A DNA stretch of 59,310 nt from Ancylonema sp. (GCA_050230475.1 JBFLGF010000144.1:1-59310), one strand, 5' to 3'; positions 25,301-41,954 are shown, counted from the first letter of the stretch. Numbers and translations: made by a program. Notes: generated by a model not told the origin, from the sequence alone.

Positions 25301-28300
25301 CCCCTCCCTCTCCTCCCCCACCCTCTTCTCCATCTCCCTCCCAACCACCTTCACCTCCTGCACGAGCCTGGCCACCTCCCCCTCCACCGCCCCCACCTTC
25401 TTCTTTTCCGCCGCCAGCTCCTGCTTCATCTCACCGACCTTCTCATTGGCGGAGACCACCTCCGACTCCAACATCTCCACCCGCAGCGCCGCGCCCTTCT
25501 CCTTCCTGGAAGCTTCCTTGAGCTGCGTTCCCAACTCCCCCACCTGGTTCCACATCTCTTGATGCTGTGCCTTCCCCGCTTTCACAGCCTGTTCTGCGGC
25601 CTCCTTGTCTTTCACAGCTGCCTTCAGCTTCTCGATTTCCCCCTTCTGTGCCACAACCTCCCTCCCCAACCTCTTCACGTCCTCCTCCCCCACCCTCACT
25701 TCCTCCACCCTCCCAGCCAACCGCTCCTCCAGCTCCCCAACCTTCCCCCTCACCTCCTCTACCTCCTTCCGGGCCACAGCAAGCGCACTCCCCACTCTCT
25801 CCACTTCCACCTTCAAGGCAGCCTCAGACTCTTGCAACTCCCCCACTTCCCGCTGCCTGGCCTCCATCTCCTTCCCTACCTCCCCAAGCCTCCTCTCCAC
25901 CTCCTCTCTCCTCCCAGCTTCCTCCTCCATCCTCGCCCTGGCACCAGACACCTCCTCCCCGAATCGCCTCTCCGCATCTTCCATGGCTCCCCTCAGCTCC
26001 TCACGCAGACCCAAAGCCCTCGCCTCTGCCTCCCTCTCCCACTTCTGCGCCGTTTCCACAGCAGCCTCCAGCTCACCAGCCTTCTTCTGGAGAGACTCCT
26101 TCACCTCCGTCATTCCTTTCAGCTCCTCTGTCACTCCGCAAACCTCTGCCTCCTTGGCCTTAATACTCTCCCTGAGCACAGAGACCTCCTCCCCAACCCC
26201 CTCCAGTTCTCTCCGCAGCACCTCTGTCTCCTTCCGGGCCTCTCCCTCCTGCCCCTTCCATGTTTCCACCTGCCCCTCCACCTCCCCAATCCTGCTCTCT
26301 AACGCCTTCTTCTCATTCCCCAAGGCTTCCAACTCCCCCTCCACCTGCTGCAGCCTTGCCACCTCCTCAACCCTCGCCCTGAGAGCCGTTTTCACCTCCA
26401 CCAGCTCCCGAGAAATTTCCTCCGCCTCTTGGGCGTTGTTCCCTGCCTCCTCCTTCCCTCTCGCTACCTCTCCCGTCAATCTCTCCACATCGACCAGTGC
26501 CGCTGCGGCCTTGCTACCCGCCGCGTCCGCCTGTTCCCTCCACCTCTGACCCGAGCTTTCTAACTCACCTACCTTCTCCAGAAGAACCGCCTTTGCCTGC
26601 TCCAATTCTGTCAGACTCTCCTTTTTCTGGGCCCTCTCCTTCTCCCACTCTTTGGTTGCCCTCTCTCCCCACTCCTTCAGCCTTAAAACCTCTTCCCTCA
26701 CACTGCTTGCCTCTTCTTCCTTCAACTGCACCTTCTCCTTCAGCATCGATACCTCTTCCTGAACCCCACTCAGTGTCTGCCGGAGCACAGCAGCCTCTTC
26801 CCTAGCATCCTGCTCCTGCTTCCCCTTACTTCCCAGGTCCCCCTCCACCTCCAGAATTCTCGTCTCAAGTCTCTTCCTTTCTTTCGCCATGCCTTCCAAC
26901 TCCACCTTCAGTTTCTTCATCCCTTCTACCTCCTTCACCCTGTCCTCCAAGAGGGCTTTCACTTCCGCCAGCTCCTGGGATGCCTTCTCCGCTTCCTCAC
27001 CCTTGAGACGTGCGAGTCCCTCCACCCTACCAACTTCCAGCCTCAACCTTTCCACCTCTTGCTCAGCAGCTGCAGCCTTCCTGCCTTCGGCATCAACCTG
27101 CTCCATCCACTTCTGCGCTGAGCTCTCTAGCTCCGCTACTTTCTCCTGGAGAACCGCCTTTGCCTGTTCCCCTGCTCTCAGATCCTCCTCCTTCTGCTCC
27201 CTCTCCCTCTCCCACTCCTTTGTTGCATGGTCTCCCCTCTCCTTCAGACTTACGACCTCCTCCCTCACAGCATTCAACTCCTCCACCCCTTTCGTTACAT
27301 CCTCACTCAACTTCTTATGCTCGTTTCTGGACTGCTTCAGATCATGTAGAGCTTTCTGCAGATGCTGCTTGCTGGTTTTCGCCTTCGCCTCTCCTTCACT
27401 CACCATCTTCTCCGCCTTCTCCACCTCAGCTCTCAGTTTCCCCGCCTCACCCACCAGCTCAGCCACCCTCTTCCTCTCCTCCTCCATCTGAGCCACCACC
27501 CGACTCCTCTCCGCCTCCCCGTCTTCCCTCTCCACACTCACACGCTTCAGCTCCTCATTCTTCTGCGCCACTGCCTTCTCACTCTCCTCCCTCGCCCTCT
27601 CAGCTGCTTCCACAGTCTTCACCCCCTCTACCATCTTCTTCTCCAGGCTGCTGATCTCACCTTCAAACTTCTCCTTCATTTCCGCCATTGCTTTCGCCCC
27701 CTCCTCTCTACTCTTCTCCGCCCCCTTCTTCACAAGTGCCGCCGTCCCCTTCCTCAAGTTCCCAATCTCTCCCTTCAGTTTCTCCACCTGTTTCTCCAAC
27801 CCCCCCCTCCCCTCCACCGCCTGCGCAGCCTTCTCCCTCATGGCTGCCAGCCCAGCAGCCAGCCTGGTGACTTCCCCAGTCTGCTCCCTGCCCTCCCCCT
27901 CCAACTCCCCCAACCTCCCCTCCACCTCCTGCAGCCTCCGACTCTTCTGCAACAGCGCCCCATCCGCGGCCTGCAGCTTCGCCACTGCCTCCTTCAGCTC
28001 GGATTCACTCTTACGCTGCCTGTCCCCTAGAGCCAGTCTCTCTGCCTCCTTCCCCGAAACTTCCCGTTGGAGGCGACCGACTTCTGCCTCCAGAGCACGC
28101 ACTGCCTCCCTCTCATGCGTCAGAGCGGACTGAGCTTCTGACAGCGAGGCGCTGACAGCATCCAGCTTCTGTGACAACGGATTGACATCAAATAGAGGAT
28201 CAAGTAAGGACATCATACAGTCGTTCCTCTCTGTAGGCACCCCTCTGTATTGGCACACCCTCTATAAAAGCACCAACAATTGCGAACAGAATTCATGAAT

Positions 28301-31300
28301 CCTGTGTGTACTACCCTTGGGACAAAAACACCCACCACATAGGCACCAGAATATCCCATACCAGTAGAGTGCCTACAGGGAGGGTTGACTATACACAGTT
28401 AAATAAAAAAGGACAGACAGATAAATACAGGCAAACGGACAAACAGAGAGCCAGACAAGCAGGTCAAAGAATGACAGATCCAGTTCCGTTCACACCTTCC
28501 TCCCTTCCTCTTCGACCTTCCAGGCCTCTTGTGCCCCGCTCTCCCTCTCCGCCTCCAACTTGTCTCTAACCTCCTTGGCCTCTGCCAACTCTCCTTGTAG
28601 TCGCTGGATAACCGAGTTGGCATCAGCCTCCACTTCCTTTGTGTGCTCCTGCACAGCAACAATCAGTTCAGGCCTACAAATATAGGAAACGAAAAAAAGA
28701 TGACCGTCGTTGCACTTTGTAGGCACCCAAGAGACACCCCTCTGTACATTTTAGAACGCAAATCTGATGCAAAACGGAATGAAAACATTCTCTCTATGGG
28801 CTAAAAATAAAGCAGGCCGAACTAAAGCAGTGCTTAAAGGGAAGGAAGAAAGTACTCGGCAGCACAATCTAACACATCAAGTTCCTGATTTGAGGCGTTG
28901 TAGAAGGTCAGTACCTTCACCAAACGACTGAAAGTTTATAATGAAGTCCAACAATATCGTAAATAGACAATGGATAAGTGACACCAGCAGTCTCAGAGAC
29001 AGACCGGAGTAGCACACTTGTAGGTGGCAAGGTAGAAGGACTTGTTACAACTTCCAAAACAAACATGATGTAGAAGTACTTCATTCTGATGATTCCAACA
29101 GAGAACTGATTCCTGATCTCAAGTGGATGTCCCCGTGCTGACAGCCGCATACTTCTCCTCTTTCCAAAACATGGAACAAGATTTCCTCTCTGCTGTTTTA
29201 TATGCATTCCGTACGGTGAGGAGCACATCAACCTTACTTATTGATTAAAATAAACGTTTTTTTCTAGAATTTAAAGAAGGCCTATAGGTCCGTGGAAGAA
29301 GTCATGATAAAAAAAAGAAGCACTTGCACTGAAGGTCTATGTTTTCTGTTTTTCTTTTTGCTTTCCATACCTTCAATGCCTCCTTCTCCATCCGCAGATT
29401 TTGCAGTTCCTGATCCAGCCCAGCCTGGGACTCCTGCAAGCTCCTCATCTCCTTGTGTACAGCCGCCAGCTGTAGCTCCTTCGTCTCTAGGTCTGCTTGG
29501 AGATTCTGATGGGCCTCCTCCGTCACCCGTACCTTCGCACTCAGCGATTCCAATGCTTCTTCCTGAAAAAAAAATAAAAAAAAATAGAGGCTCGTGCTTT
29601 CAGGAACATGCGCTTGGAGTACCATTCCCAGATTCTTTCTTCTAAGCTACTGTGATCACACCATGATGGAGGCTGCTGAGAGGGAGTTTGGACTAAGAGG
29701 CGATGTCAGACTTGTATGCAGTAAATTTATGCCGGAGAAATTCAACAGACGTACAGATCCTTTCTTTCTTGTGAATCTGGCGACAATGTATGGAACTTTC
29801 GAAATGCCATGATACATCTGGTACAAAAATAGTTGTGTGAACATCTTCGTGAGTAATCAGAGAGCTATTTACTAAGGTGTGGCTGAACCAGTCCGCCTGA
29901 ACATGCATTTCAAGCATTACAAGCCGAGGAATCCTACGCACTGAGAGAAAAACATTTTATACTTAGAACCAACGAGCGTCCGTACGATAAGAATTCCTGA
30001 TACAGCATGGCTGTCATAGAGCAGGAGTGTTTCCCCAGAAGAGCAACATTGGTCATCTGTGACTTTCATGCCAGCTCTGACGGAGTAGACTATGGGGGCT
30101 TCTCAGCATCACGAAGATCCTCAACAAACATGGAGAAAATTGTGACTGGTAAAAAGTGTATAATTGTGATGAACATATCACATACATCAATTACATCTGG
30201 CATACATCATGGAATACATCTCACATAATGACTTTCATATGCAATGATCGTGGACTGTCACTGTAGAACTTATGAAATAGAAATAGGCAAGTGCCACATG
30301 TAGAAGGCAAACATGCACATAACAAATGTAAATCCAGATCTCCTGATCAGGGAATCGCACGTGATTGCATAGGATAACCACAAAATGATGCTGACAACTT
30401 GCCTGTCCTTGAAGATCACGCGCAAGATTTTGAACTTCTTTTCCCTTGTCAGCGACCTCCCTCTTGAGATCTTCTATGTCTCTCTCTCTGCTCAAGACAC
30501 TTGCCTGCATATCCTCTAACTGAACTCTGGCCTCACCAATCTCTTCCTCCAACGCAGCCACATCACTACTATCATCTGGCCCAAGGCTTGATCCCCTCCT
30601 GGTCCCTCTGTGTGCTTCAGCATTTTCAAGCATATTCTCGAACGCCGCATCTTTCTCTAGACCCACGGCAATTCTTTCTTCCAAATCCATCTCCACTTTC
30701 TGCTTCTCTGCAACTGCCGCAGCCAGCTCAGCCCTATGCTCTTCATAGCTTTGAATCCACAGTGCTTCCCGCTTGACCAGCCTCTGTTCTGCTTCCTCAC
30801 TTCGAGCCACTTCTTGCGCCAGCTCTCGAGTCACCCTTTCCAAGTCCGCACCCGAAGCTGCTAGATCCTTTTTTGCCTTACTCAGTTCATCTTCCCACTC
30901 GGTCCTCAGATCGACCAAGGCTCTGTCCTTCTCTCGTACAACCGACTCGTACTCCCTGCGTTCCCTTTGCCATTCGTCCCTCCATTTCGTAAGTTCTTCG
31001 TCCATCCCTGTTAGCTGCACCTCAGTGCTCTCTTCCATGTGACTCAGGTTTGCTGTGAGATCTGAAACCTGCTGAGATAGAAGGTCCAGTTGAGAGAGAA
31101 GGTCTGCCTCCATGTGATTCCACTCAGCGGCATTCTCTGCGGCTCTTTGAGACGAGGAGTCAATGACATCTTGGAGCTCTGTAATTCGCATCGCCTCCGT
31201 AGATTTCTCGGCCTTCAATCGTTCCACCTGGAAGCCTAACGACAAAACCTTGCTGGACAATTCTTCTGCGTCTTGTGCTCTAGTGCCCCTCGAATGTGCA

Positions 31301-31866
31301 GCCACTTCGGCTTCCAGACTGGCGATTGATCGCTCCATCTCCTTCTCCCGAGCAACATACATGGCCCTCAAGTTGTGTTTATCCTCCTCGTCCTGATCAA
31401 GCATACTTTGCAAGTTTGCAACAGAAGTTTGAGGAGCTTCGAGGCGACTTAGTTCCTCTTTGTTGCTACTGTAAGAAGCGAAAGTCTCTTTTGCCATGGT
31501 TCGTGCAGATGATTCCAGATCCCTCACAATAGCCAGCTCCTCGTCTCGTTCTTTTACGATGGTATGCAAATCTTCCAGATCCGCCTGAAGAACACTAATC
31601 TGTTGCTCACTCGCCAATGTGACAGCCATCAGCTTTTCATCACTTTCTTTCTGAATCTCGACATTCTTTCTGCGTAGTGCTCTCACTTCCTCCTCGGCTT
31701 CTTCCCTGGCAGTCAGCGCACTTTCCCGTCTTTCCTTTTCCCAGGCTATTCTCTTCCTGGCCTCTTGCAACTCCTGCTCTAAGATGACGTCCCTGCCTCC
31801 AGTTTCTGCATCTTCTCTCATCCTCTCGACTCCACTCATACTTTCATCCCCTTTCATCTCCTCCAT
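19305..31866 (-). CDS. Giant E/K/R-rich coiled-coil protein, ~3,200 aa, unknown family. Exons ~31866(acceptor 31902)-30403, 29562-29371, 28648-28496, 28168-24169, 23468-20772 (two frame breaks), 20624-19761, 19448-19305
   Basis: Consecutive heptad-rich ORFs (549, 1406, 304, 234 and 778 aa) on one strand. Hand-checked splice phases agree (0,0,0,1,0,0). The first intron is GC-AG. Basic C-terminal tail RPPRKTKRKTK. Confidence 0.85.
22950..23300 (-). repeat. Coding 21-nt minisatellite (heptad QVADLEG / QVTELEG) inside the giant coiled-coil gene
   Basis: About 13-16 tandem 7-codon units such as ccagatctgccacctggccct. Confidence 0.9.
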
Positions 31867-32317
31867 GGCTCCAGTAGCATGCACGAAGCCGCTGGCAGAG
31901 GCCTAGTGAATTGATGATGGTCGCTGTTGAAGGCAAGTAGCGATCGGCGTAGTGGCACAGCGAAAGCGACTTTGCGCTCTTGAGCGCAAAATGTGCTCAT
32001 GCGCTCGAACTGTGCACCTTACGGGTGCCCATACGGTAGATATTTTGGTGCCTTCATGGAGGGAATACGAAAATCCGGTGCCTGTATGGAGGAAGTGCCA
32101 CAGAGGGTTTCTAAAGATGGCCGAATGTGAAGAATTTGCTGAGTGACCAAGTAAAGCCGTGACATCTCGGATGTCGAACGCCCTTCCTCCCGCGTGATAC
32201 AAATATGTACAGACGCCCTCGCACCTCCAGTAGAATATATTCACATGTGTTGGTATGCTTTAGCTAATATTAACTGTCATCTGTCCAGAGAGGAAAACAA
32301 TAGTGGACCCGTTGTAC

Positions 32318-33682
32318 ATGATGGCCGCATTCACGTTCTACTTGGCCCCATCTCTTCCATGTCACAGGCCTTGTCGCAGAGTAGCAGTTTATTTGAGTGA
32401 AGAAAATCAAGGGTGGCTCTCCCTTCGCAACCGTCACGGCGTTGGTTTGCGCCGTGACTACAATTCCCGACAGAGTCAGTTGAGAACATTAACGATATCT
32501 ACAGCGACATCCACTGAGCAGGAAGAGAAGGATCGAGCTCTGCAAACTCTAGTGCGTGGAATGGACCAGGTTGTCGTCGTGCTGGAAGACTTGGATGCAA
32601 TTGTAAGCATTCCCAGCTTCCTTTCATAAAACGACAACCTCAATATTTTGGTACAACAGCACTGCGTTTGCTTGCCTCCCGGGCACCTAGGAAGATTTGA
32701 AGTCCCCCCTAGAGAATTGCCACACACATCACATCTCCTGTATACAACAAGTAAGAAATTTTACGGTAGCCCATACTGACACGTGGCGTCTGACACGTAA
32801 ATGATCTGCTGTTGCTGGCAGGGCAGCTGACCGAAACCACCGCCAACGCCAACAAGACCTTGAGCGACGAAGACTTGAAGCAGGCGGCAAGTGCGTCCGT
32901 GAAGAAGCATCTGGAACAGCTGGACACCGCTTTCCTGAAGGCCTTGGATTTCGACATAGCACAGGCGCGGAACGCAGAAGACGAGATGGTGAGGGAGAGA
33001 GGGAGGGAGGGAGGGAGGGTGGCGGGGAGGGTGGCTGAGAGGGTGGTTGGGAGGGTGAGAAGCAACAGTTCCTTGGTATACCAAAATGTTGTGGAGAAAT
33101 ACGTAGGTGTATCGTTACAACAAGATAACCTTTTGGCAGGGCAACAAATTTAGAGTTGGAGAATTGTGTCGCTCACCCGAGGGAAGGATGTAGTAGGATG
33201 GGACGTGGGAATATTTTGTGTTCTGGGTGTGAATTGTACGATAACCTCTTGATATCAGTACACAGAAAAGGCTGGGAAGAAAAGTGGAAGCAGGAGCAGG
33301 CTCGGCTCGGGTTGGAGCAGGTTCGGTGCAGAATGATAGAGAATATGGATATTACAGTCACACCCAGTTACCGTCGCATAACACCCCCCCCCACAATCTT
33401 TCAACATAGGGGGGGGGGAAGTAAAGAGGAAAGTAAAGTACAAATTGCAAATATAGTCACTTTAACGGGGGTCGTTATTACAGAGAGTGGACCGACCTTA
33501 TGCTATCTCCTCTTTTCCCTTTCTTTACAGAAGTGCAGCCTTTTGGAGCTGGTGAAAGACCAAGTCCTGGACCAAATAACCACAAAATTCCCTCCCCAGG
33601 TACTAACCACAGCCATTCAACACATGGCAACCAACCAGAACCAGAACCAGTACAGAACCAGTACAGAACCAGAACCAGAATA

Positions 33683-33716
<34 letters not shown>

Positions 33717-36671
33717 GCGAAACGAGAGATCCTGTGCGGACCTTAAATCTGCTGCGTGGATCCTGATTTCCCTTCTCTTTGCTGGCATCCCTCTCTATAG
33801 GCCCGTCTGTGGGGTGCATTCTGGTGCCTATATAGAGGAGCGACAGTAGACAAAGACTAGGGGACTAGGGGACTAGGGGACTTGCCTTTACTCAGCTGAC
33901 CGGGGACTGGGCGGTTGGGCGGTTGGGGGGTTGGGGGGTTGGCTGTGCAGGTCCGAGTGGTGAGTTTGTTGGTCACTATCGGGCGGAAAGAGCAGCGGAG
34001 GGAGGTGTTATGTCGGGCGGCGGGGGGGGGGGGGGAGGGGGAGATGGAGGGGGGGGGGAAACTGAGCGTGCCGGGAGCCACGTTTGATACAATCAGAGAA
34101 CAGTTGGAGGATCTGATTGCGGTGAGGGGGGGGGGGGGAGGGTTGGGCGGAGGGCGGGGAAGGGGTGTAGAGTGTTGGACGTGCTCGTATGTGTGCATTT
34201 TGAATGTGGATGCAGGTCCAGTAAAACTTCTCTTCAGTTGGGGGTGCTAATCTAGAGGGTGCCTGTAGTAAGGTTTGAGTGTATGAGTTTAGGGTCCCGA
34301 GGTGTGGAGAGGGAGGGAGTCTTTGTATCCCAAAGAGAAGTACGAGATCCGGGATGTATGAGTCTCACAGTGTGGTGTATCTACTCGGTCTAGAGTTGGT
34401 ATGCTGAAAGTTGGGGGCAGCCGGATATGCATATGAGATCATCTGCATGCCAAACCCTGTTCCACTGACATCTGAACAGCGATTACCACACGTGATCTAG
34501 GGACACTTTCCCCCTGCTTTTTACGTTACTTCACACTTAGTGCCACTTTCAGAGGGTTTGCATCCGTTTGTATATGTGTGTTTACACACAAATACAATGA
34601 TATGTAGATGTGTGTATGTCTGTGGGTACATATTACCTCTGGTTCATCATGGAGTGCAGCTCAGCTCAAAATTCTTAGGGATGGATTGTGGAGAGAGGAG
34701 GCAGGTTCGCAGCAGCTTCCTGGCAGGTTCCATAAGAGAAGTCACTTTAGAAATCAGGTTCATGCTTGTGTCCTTGTGGTTAACTTGTGGCTAACCTGTG
34801 GCTAACCTGTGGCTAACCTGCGGCTAACCTTTGGCCAACCTGTGGCTAACCTGTGGGTAACCTGTGGTTTACTGGTATGTATGCAGACACACACATATAG
34901 ATAGGTACTTATAGATATTTATGCTTGTGCGTGTGTGTGAGTTCATTGATGCATGGATGTGAGATTTCATGTGTGTCCTGTATGCATGTGTACGTGTCTA
35001 AATAAACTTATACACCTCTATACACACATACATTCAAACATATTTATACGAACATGGCAAGCATGTATCAGTAACTCTGTATTCCTTTCCTTCACACCTG
35101 AAAGCGAAACAGACACATGAACCGTTACTGCACTGATACACATCTTCAAAACCATTTCTGCAGGGGAGCCACAGTCTTAAGTATTTACCCTCCTTCCCCT
35201 CTCCCCTCTCCCCTCTTCCCTCTTCCCTCTTACCTTCTCTCTCTCTCTCTGTGCTTCAGAGTGTGGAGGAGAAGCGGTCCGTTCGCGAGCGCCGCTTGTT
35301 GGCTCAGTTGGTGGTGGTGAGGGAGGAGGTGCGGGAGCTGATGGCAGGAGGGCTGGAAGACAAGAGGAACCAACTGCTCAAGTTCACGAATATGCCGCAA
35401 AGCCATGTAGGGACAGATGGATAGATGGATGTATGTATGGTTGTATGTATGTATGGATATATAGATGTATGTATGGATATATAGATGTATGTATGTATGT
35501 ATATATGTAAAGATGTATGTATAAATATATAGATGTATGTATTGATGTATGTATGTGTTGCGCAATTGTATGTAGTATTTGTGTGATTAAGTACAGATGT
35601 ATGTATATGTTGATATGTATGTATATGTATACGTACGAGTAGACGTACGTATACGTACGTAGATACGTATTGTACGTTTGTAAGTACAGCAGTATGTAAA
35701 TATGTACGTATATATGTATGCATATATGTACGTGCGAGTGTGCTTGTCCATACATACATACGTTCAGCAACTACATGATTGCATGTACATATGCTCCAAA
35801 TGCATATACCAGGATCAAACACATACAACCACACATACATATCCAACAAGCCTACCCATGGGATGAAGTTGTTAATACAGAGGCGGTGTGTTGCCACCTG
35901 TCGCCTGTCGCCTGTCAGGTGGATTTCCTGGAGACCATCGTCCCTCTCCAGGGTCCCGCTCTGCGTCAGAGGCTGTCTGTGGTGTTTCTGGGGGAGATGG
36001 AGGGAGGCGACCCACCCACGAAGGATGGGGAAGAGGAGGGGGGAGCAAACGAAGAGATGGAGGTGAGGGGCAAGTAGGGCAGGGGGGGGGGTGGGGGGAG
36101 TTATAAAGGGTGGTGGACATTCTGACCGGAGCTGGGGGTTGGGGGTTGGGGGTTGGGGTTTGGGGTTCAGGAAGGAGATGGGGTCTTTCCCGTGCGCCCG
36201 GGGCAGTTCATGAACTCGGTGGACAAGGTGAGGGGGGGAATGGTAGCGGGAATTCCCACAGTGGGAATGATGATGTGGCACCGCTGATGTGGCGCTGCTG
36301 ACGTGGCAATGCTGATGTGGCACTGTGGATGTGGCAATGCTGACGTGGCACTCGGGTTGGGAGCAGATGATCGAGACGTGCTACTCCTCTAAAGAGTTGG
36401 AGGGAGGGGTGTACAAGATGCAGTTGGTGAGGGGGGATGGAGGGGGGAGGGGACAACGGCAAGGGCGATGTATCCATTCTAATCTGGTGCGGAATCACGG
36501 ATTCCTGTCTCTCATGATGGGGCACTGTGGTCAAGTCGGTTACCCCTGGTTGGGGCGGTTGGCCTGGGTCTTTAAACCAGTTTCGTCCTTTTTTTGATGT
36601 TTTCGTTTGCGCAGATACGGCGAGAGACTCTCCACGTCCTTCGTGTGATAGGGTTTGGCGCGGGAGAATAA
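32318..36671 (+). CDS. PRDA1: PEP-RELATED DEVELOPMENT ARRESTED 1 homolog (plastid nucleoid protein). Exons 32318-32602, 32827-32988, 33531-33599, 33951-34121, 35260-35406, 35919-36062, 36171-36227, 36367-36426, 36615-36671
   Basis: The spliced product contains SLLELVKDQVLDQITTKFPPQVRVVSLL, KLSVPGA, RRLLAQLVVVREEVRELMAGGLEDKRN, VDFL and PVRPGQFM, colinear with land-plant PRDA1 as recalled. Transit-peptide-like N-terminus; all introns phase 0. Confidence 0.85.
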
Positions 36672-37736
36672 GTGCAATGCAACTAAGGGACATAGGGAGG
36701 GGGGCCACAGCGTTGGTTGAGATGATGCTGGTAGGGCGTTGGTGGATGGTGACTTGAGAAGGATGCCAGTTTGAGTCCCGTTTTTGAAAGGTTTCCTATG
36801 TGCAAATGAATTACAGTTGGACTCTTGCGTCGATGAGTGGAGAGTGGAATATTTGAGTTTGTGTTTCATGTGAGTACAATGTGGTGTGAGGGGAAAGAGG
36901 ATTGGGATAGGGAGGTGAGCCTCATCACATTTGTGTTGCGCTATGTTAACCTTTGTTAACTATGGTTTAAAGGATCGATTCTGTACACAAGGTACATAGA
37001 ACATAGACCATCTGGTGCACACGTGTGATTATATGCGTTACGTAGACTGAGTGGCTCAAACATGGTTGATAGCTGGCTTATGTCCTTGTTCTTATATTCG
37101 TGCGACGTGTGTAGAACTTCGAAGGAGCATGGAGTTTGATACAAACGAGTGATTCAAGTAGGCAAGATTCAAGAACATGCACTGGAAGTTGGGTACAGGA
37201 ATTACGCACATACATTTTAGTGTGATCCACAAAAAGACATCCAAAGTGACATTTGGAAACAACTTTAACCCCTTCATTGCCAATGTTTTGCGCAAACTAC
37301 CTCAGCAATATCCCTTCCTAGTTCCCAAAGCTAGCATTTATGTACAAGTAGGTTACCACTGCACAGCCCCAAGACATAAGACTTTTCACCACTCTAAAAT
37401 TATGTAAAGCAGGAATCGTTTTCTCGAATAGAATGTCGACCATTGGTGACGGTGAACATCAAGACACTAAATCTTACTTAATCATCAAAACACTAAAGGA
37501 CACTTAATGACACAAGTCTGTCTCCCAACATCTAAAAACGGAAACTTCACTTATCACCACCCAAGTCAATTTTATGCATTTTACCAACCCAACCTCATCG
37601 GGGAAAAAAATACCGACAGCGAAGCCCAACCCAACCCCGACCCCACCCAACTTCGCCCAACTAAGAACATGAGGACCAACGGGATTCCCTTGCACAACAA
37701 CAAGGAGCCTAAAATAAAACATTGAGATATGGATTG

Positions 37737-40850
<3,114 letters not shown>

Positions 40851-41599
40851 GTGGACCGCGATATGTCGACAGCAAGACGAGAAGTCAGGAAGAGGAGCTG
40901 AAAGCTGGAAATGTGAAGCTTTGGATCTAAAGCAGGAGGGGACAGGTAGATCAACGTGTTAGGGTATGTTCGATTGGTACCAGAATGAGCTTAACTTCTT
41001 TCGAGAGAGAAGCAGACAGAGGCCCACTTGCAAACAATGACCACGGGAAAATGGGGGAAAGTAGGAGAAGCTGGAGAATCTTCGGGGCACACAAACGGGG
41101 ATAAGTGTGCAGGAAAATGTTCGCGCTTCGCCGCAAGGTACAGACAGGTAGATGACCGTACTGCCACACTGCCGACAAAACAGTGAATTGGCGTTTTGGC
41201 TCATTAGCGAATCAGCGTCCGCTTTCGTCCGTGCCAGGGGTTTTAGGGGGGAACCCAATATCTTCGGTGCGCGAAGATTCGCCTCAAATATCTTCTAGCA
41301 CGTGCCGGCACTTGAATCCCGCCAATCTGAAGATTATAGATATTTGATTGGCCGAAATCTCTGTCTGCATGAAGATTCTGGTTTGCAGAGTTACGGACGG
41401 GATCACGTCTTCGTATCGCGGGTTTTTTACACACGACACGATACGTCGTGCACGACACGACACGTCGTTCATATGACCGTTGGTTGATGTCAGGAGGCGG
41501 TTGGTCGGATGGGGACCGAGTCTTTCACCGGCGGGGCGGTCCCCCCCTACCGCGCGGCCTCGGGACGATACATGACGGCCCCTACTAACTGCGTACAGA

Positions 41600-41954
41600 C
41601 CCCCGTCATATCGGGAAAACGGCAAAACTCATAATGTCGCTGTACACAGGGGCCATGGCCGTCTAAACCGTGGTTTCGTTATGGGAGTTGTTCGTACTTC
41701 GACGCCCTACGAATTATCTCGACGCCCCTGTCCACTGACGGGGACCGTACGGTTCGAACAGATTTGGTGGCCTGTGAGCCGTCGGTCTGTCGTACGGATT
41801 ATTCTTTAGATTCGACCGATTTTCGTTGGGCGACGTGGCTATTGCTGACGCCAGTATCGGTCACTGCGCATAACGAAAAATCACGGTTTGGACGGCCATG
41901 GTCCCTGTGTACAGCGACATTATGAGTTTTGCCGTTTTCCCGATATGACGGGGG
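41600..41954. mobile_element. MITE with ~85-bp terminal inverted repeats, between the divergent ApaG and monooxygenase genes
   Basis: CCCCCGTCATATCGGGAAAACGGCAAAACTCATAATGTCGCTGTACACAGGG... and its reverse complement ending at 41954. TA dinucleotides lie 3-4 nt outside each end; the TSD is not certain. Confidence 0.8.

Noticed and set aside
24105..28133. Many Ser/Pro/Leu-rich plus-strand ORFs
   Set aside because: Antisense shadows of the purine-rich coiled-coil exon.
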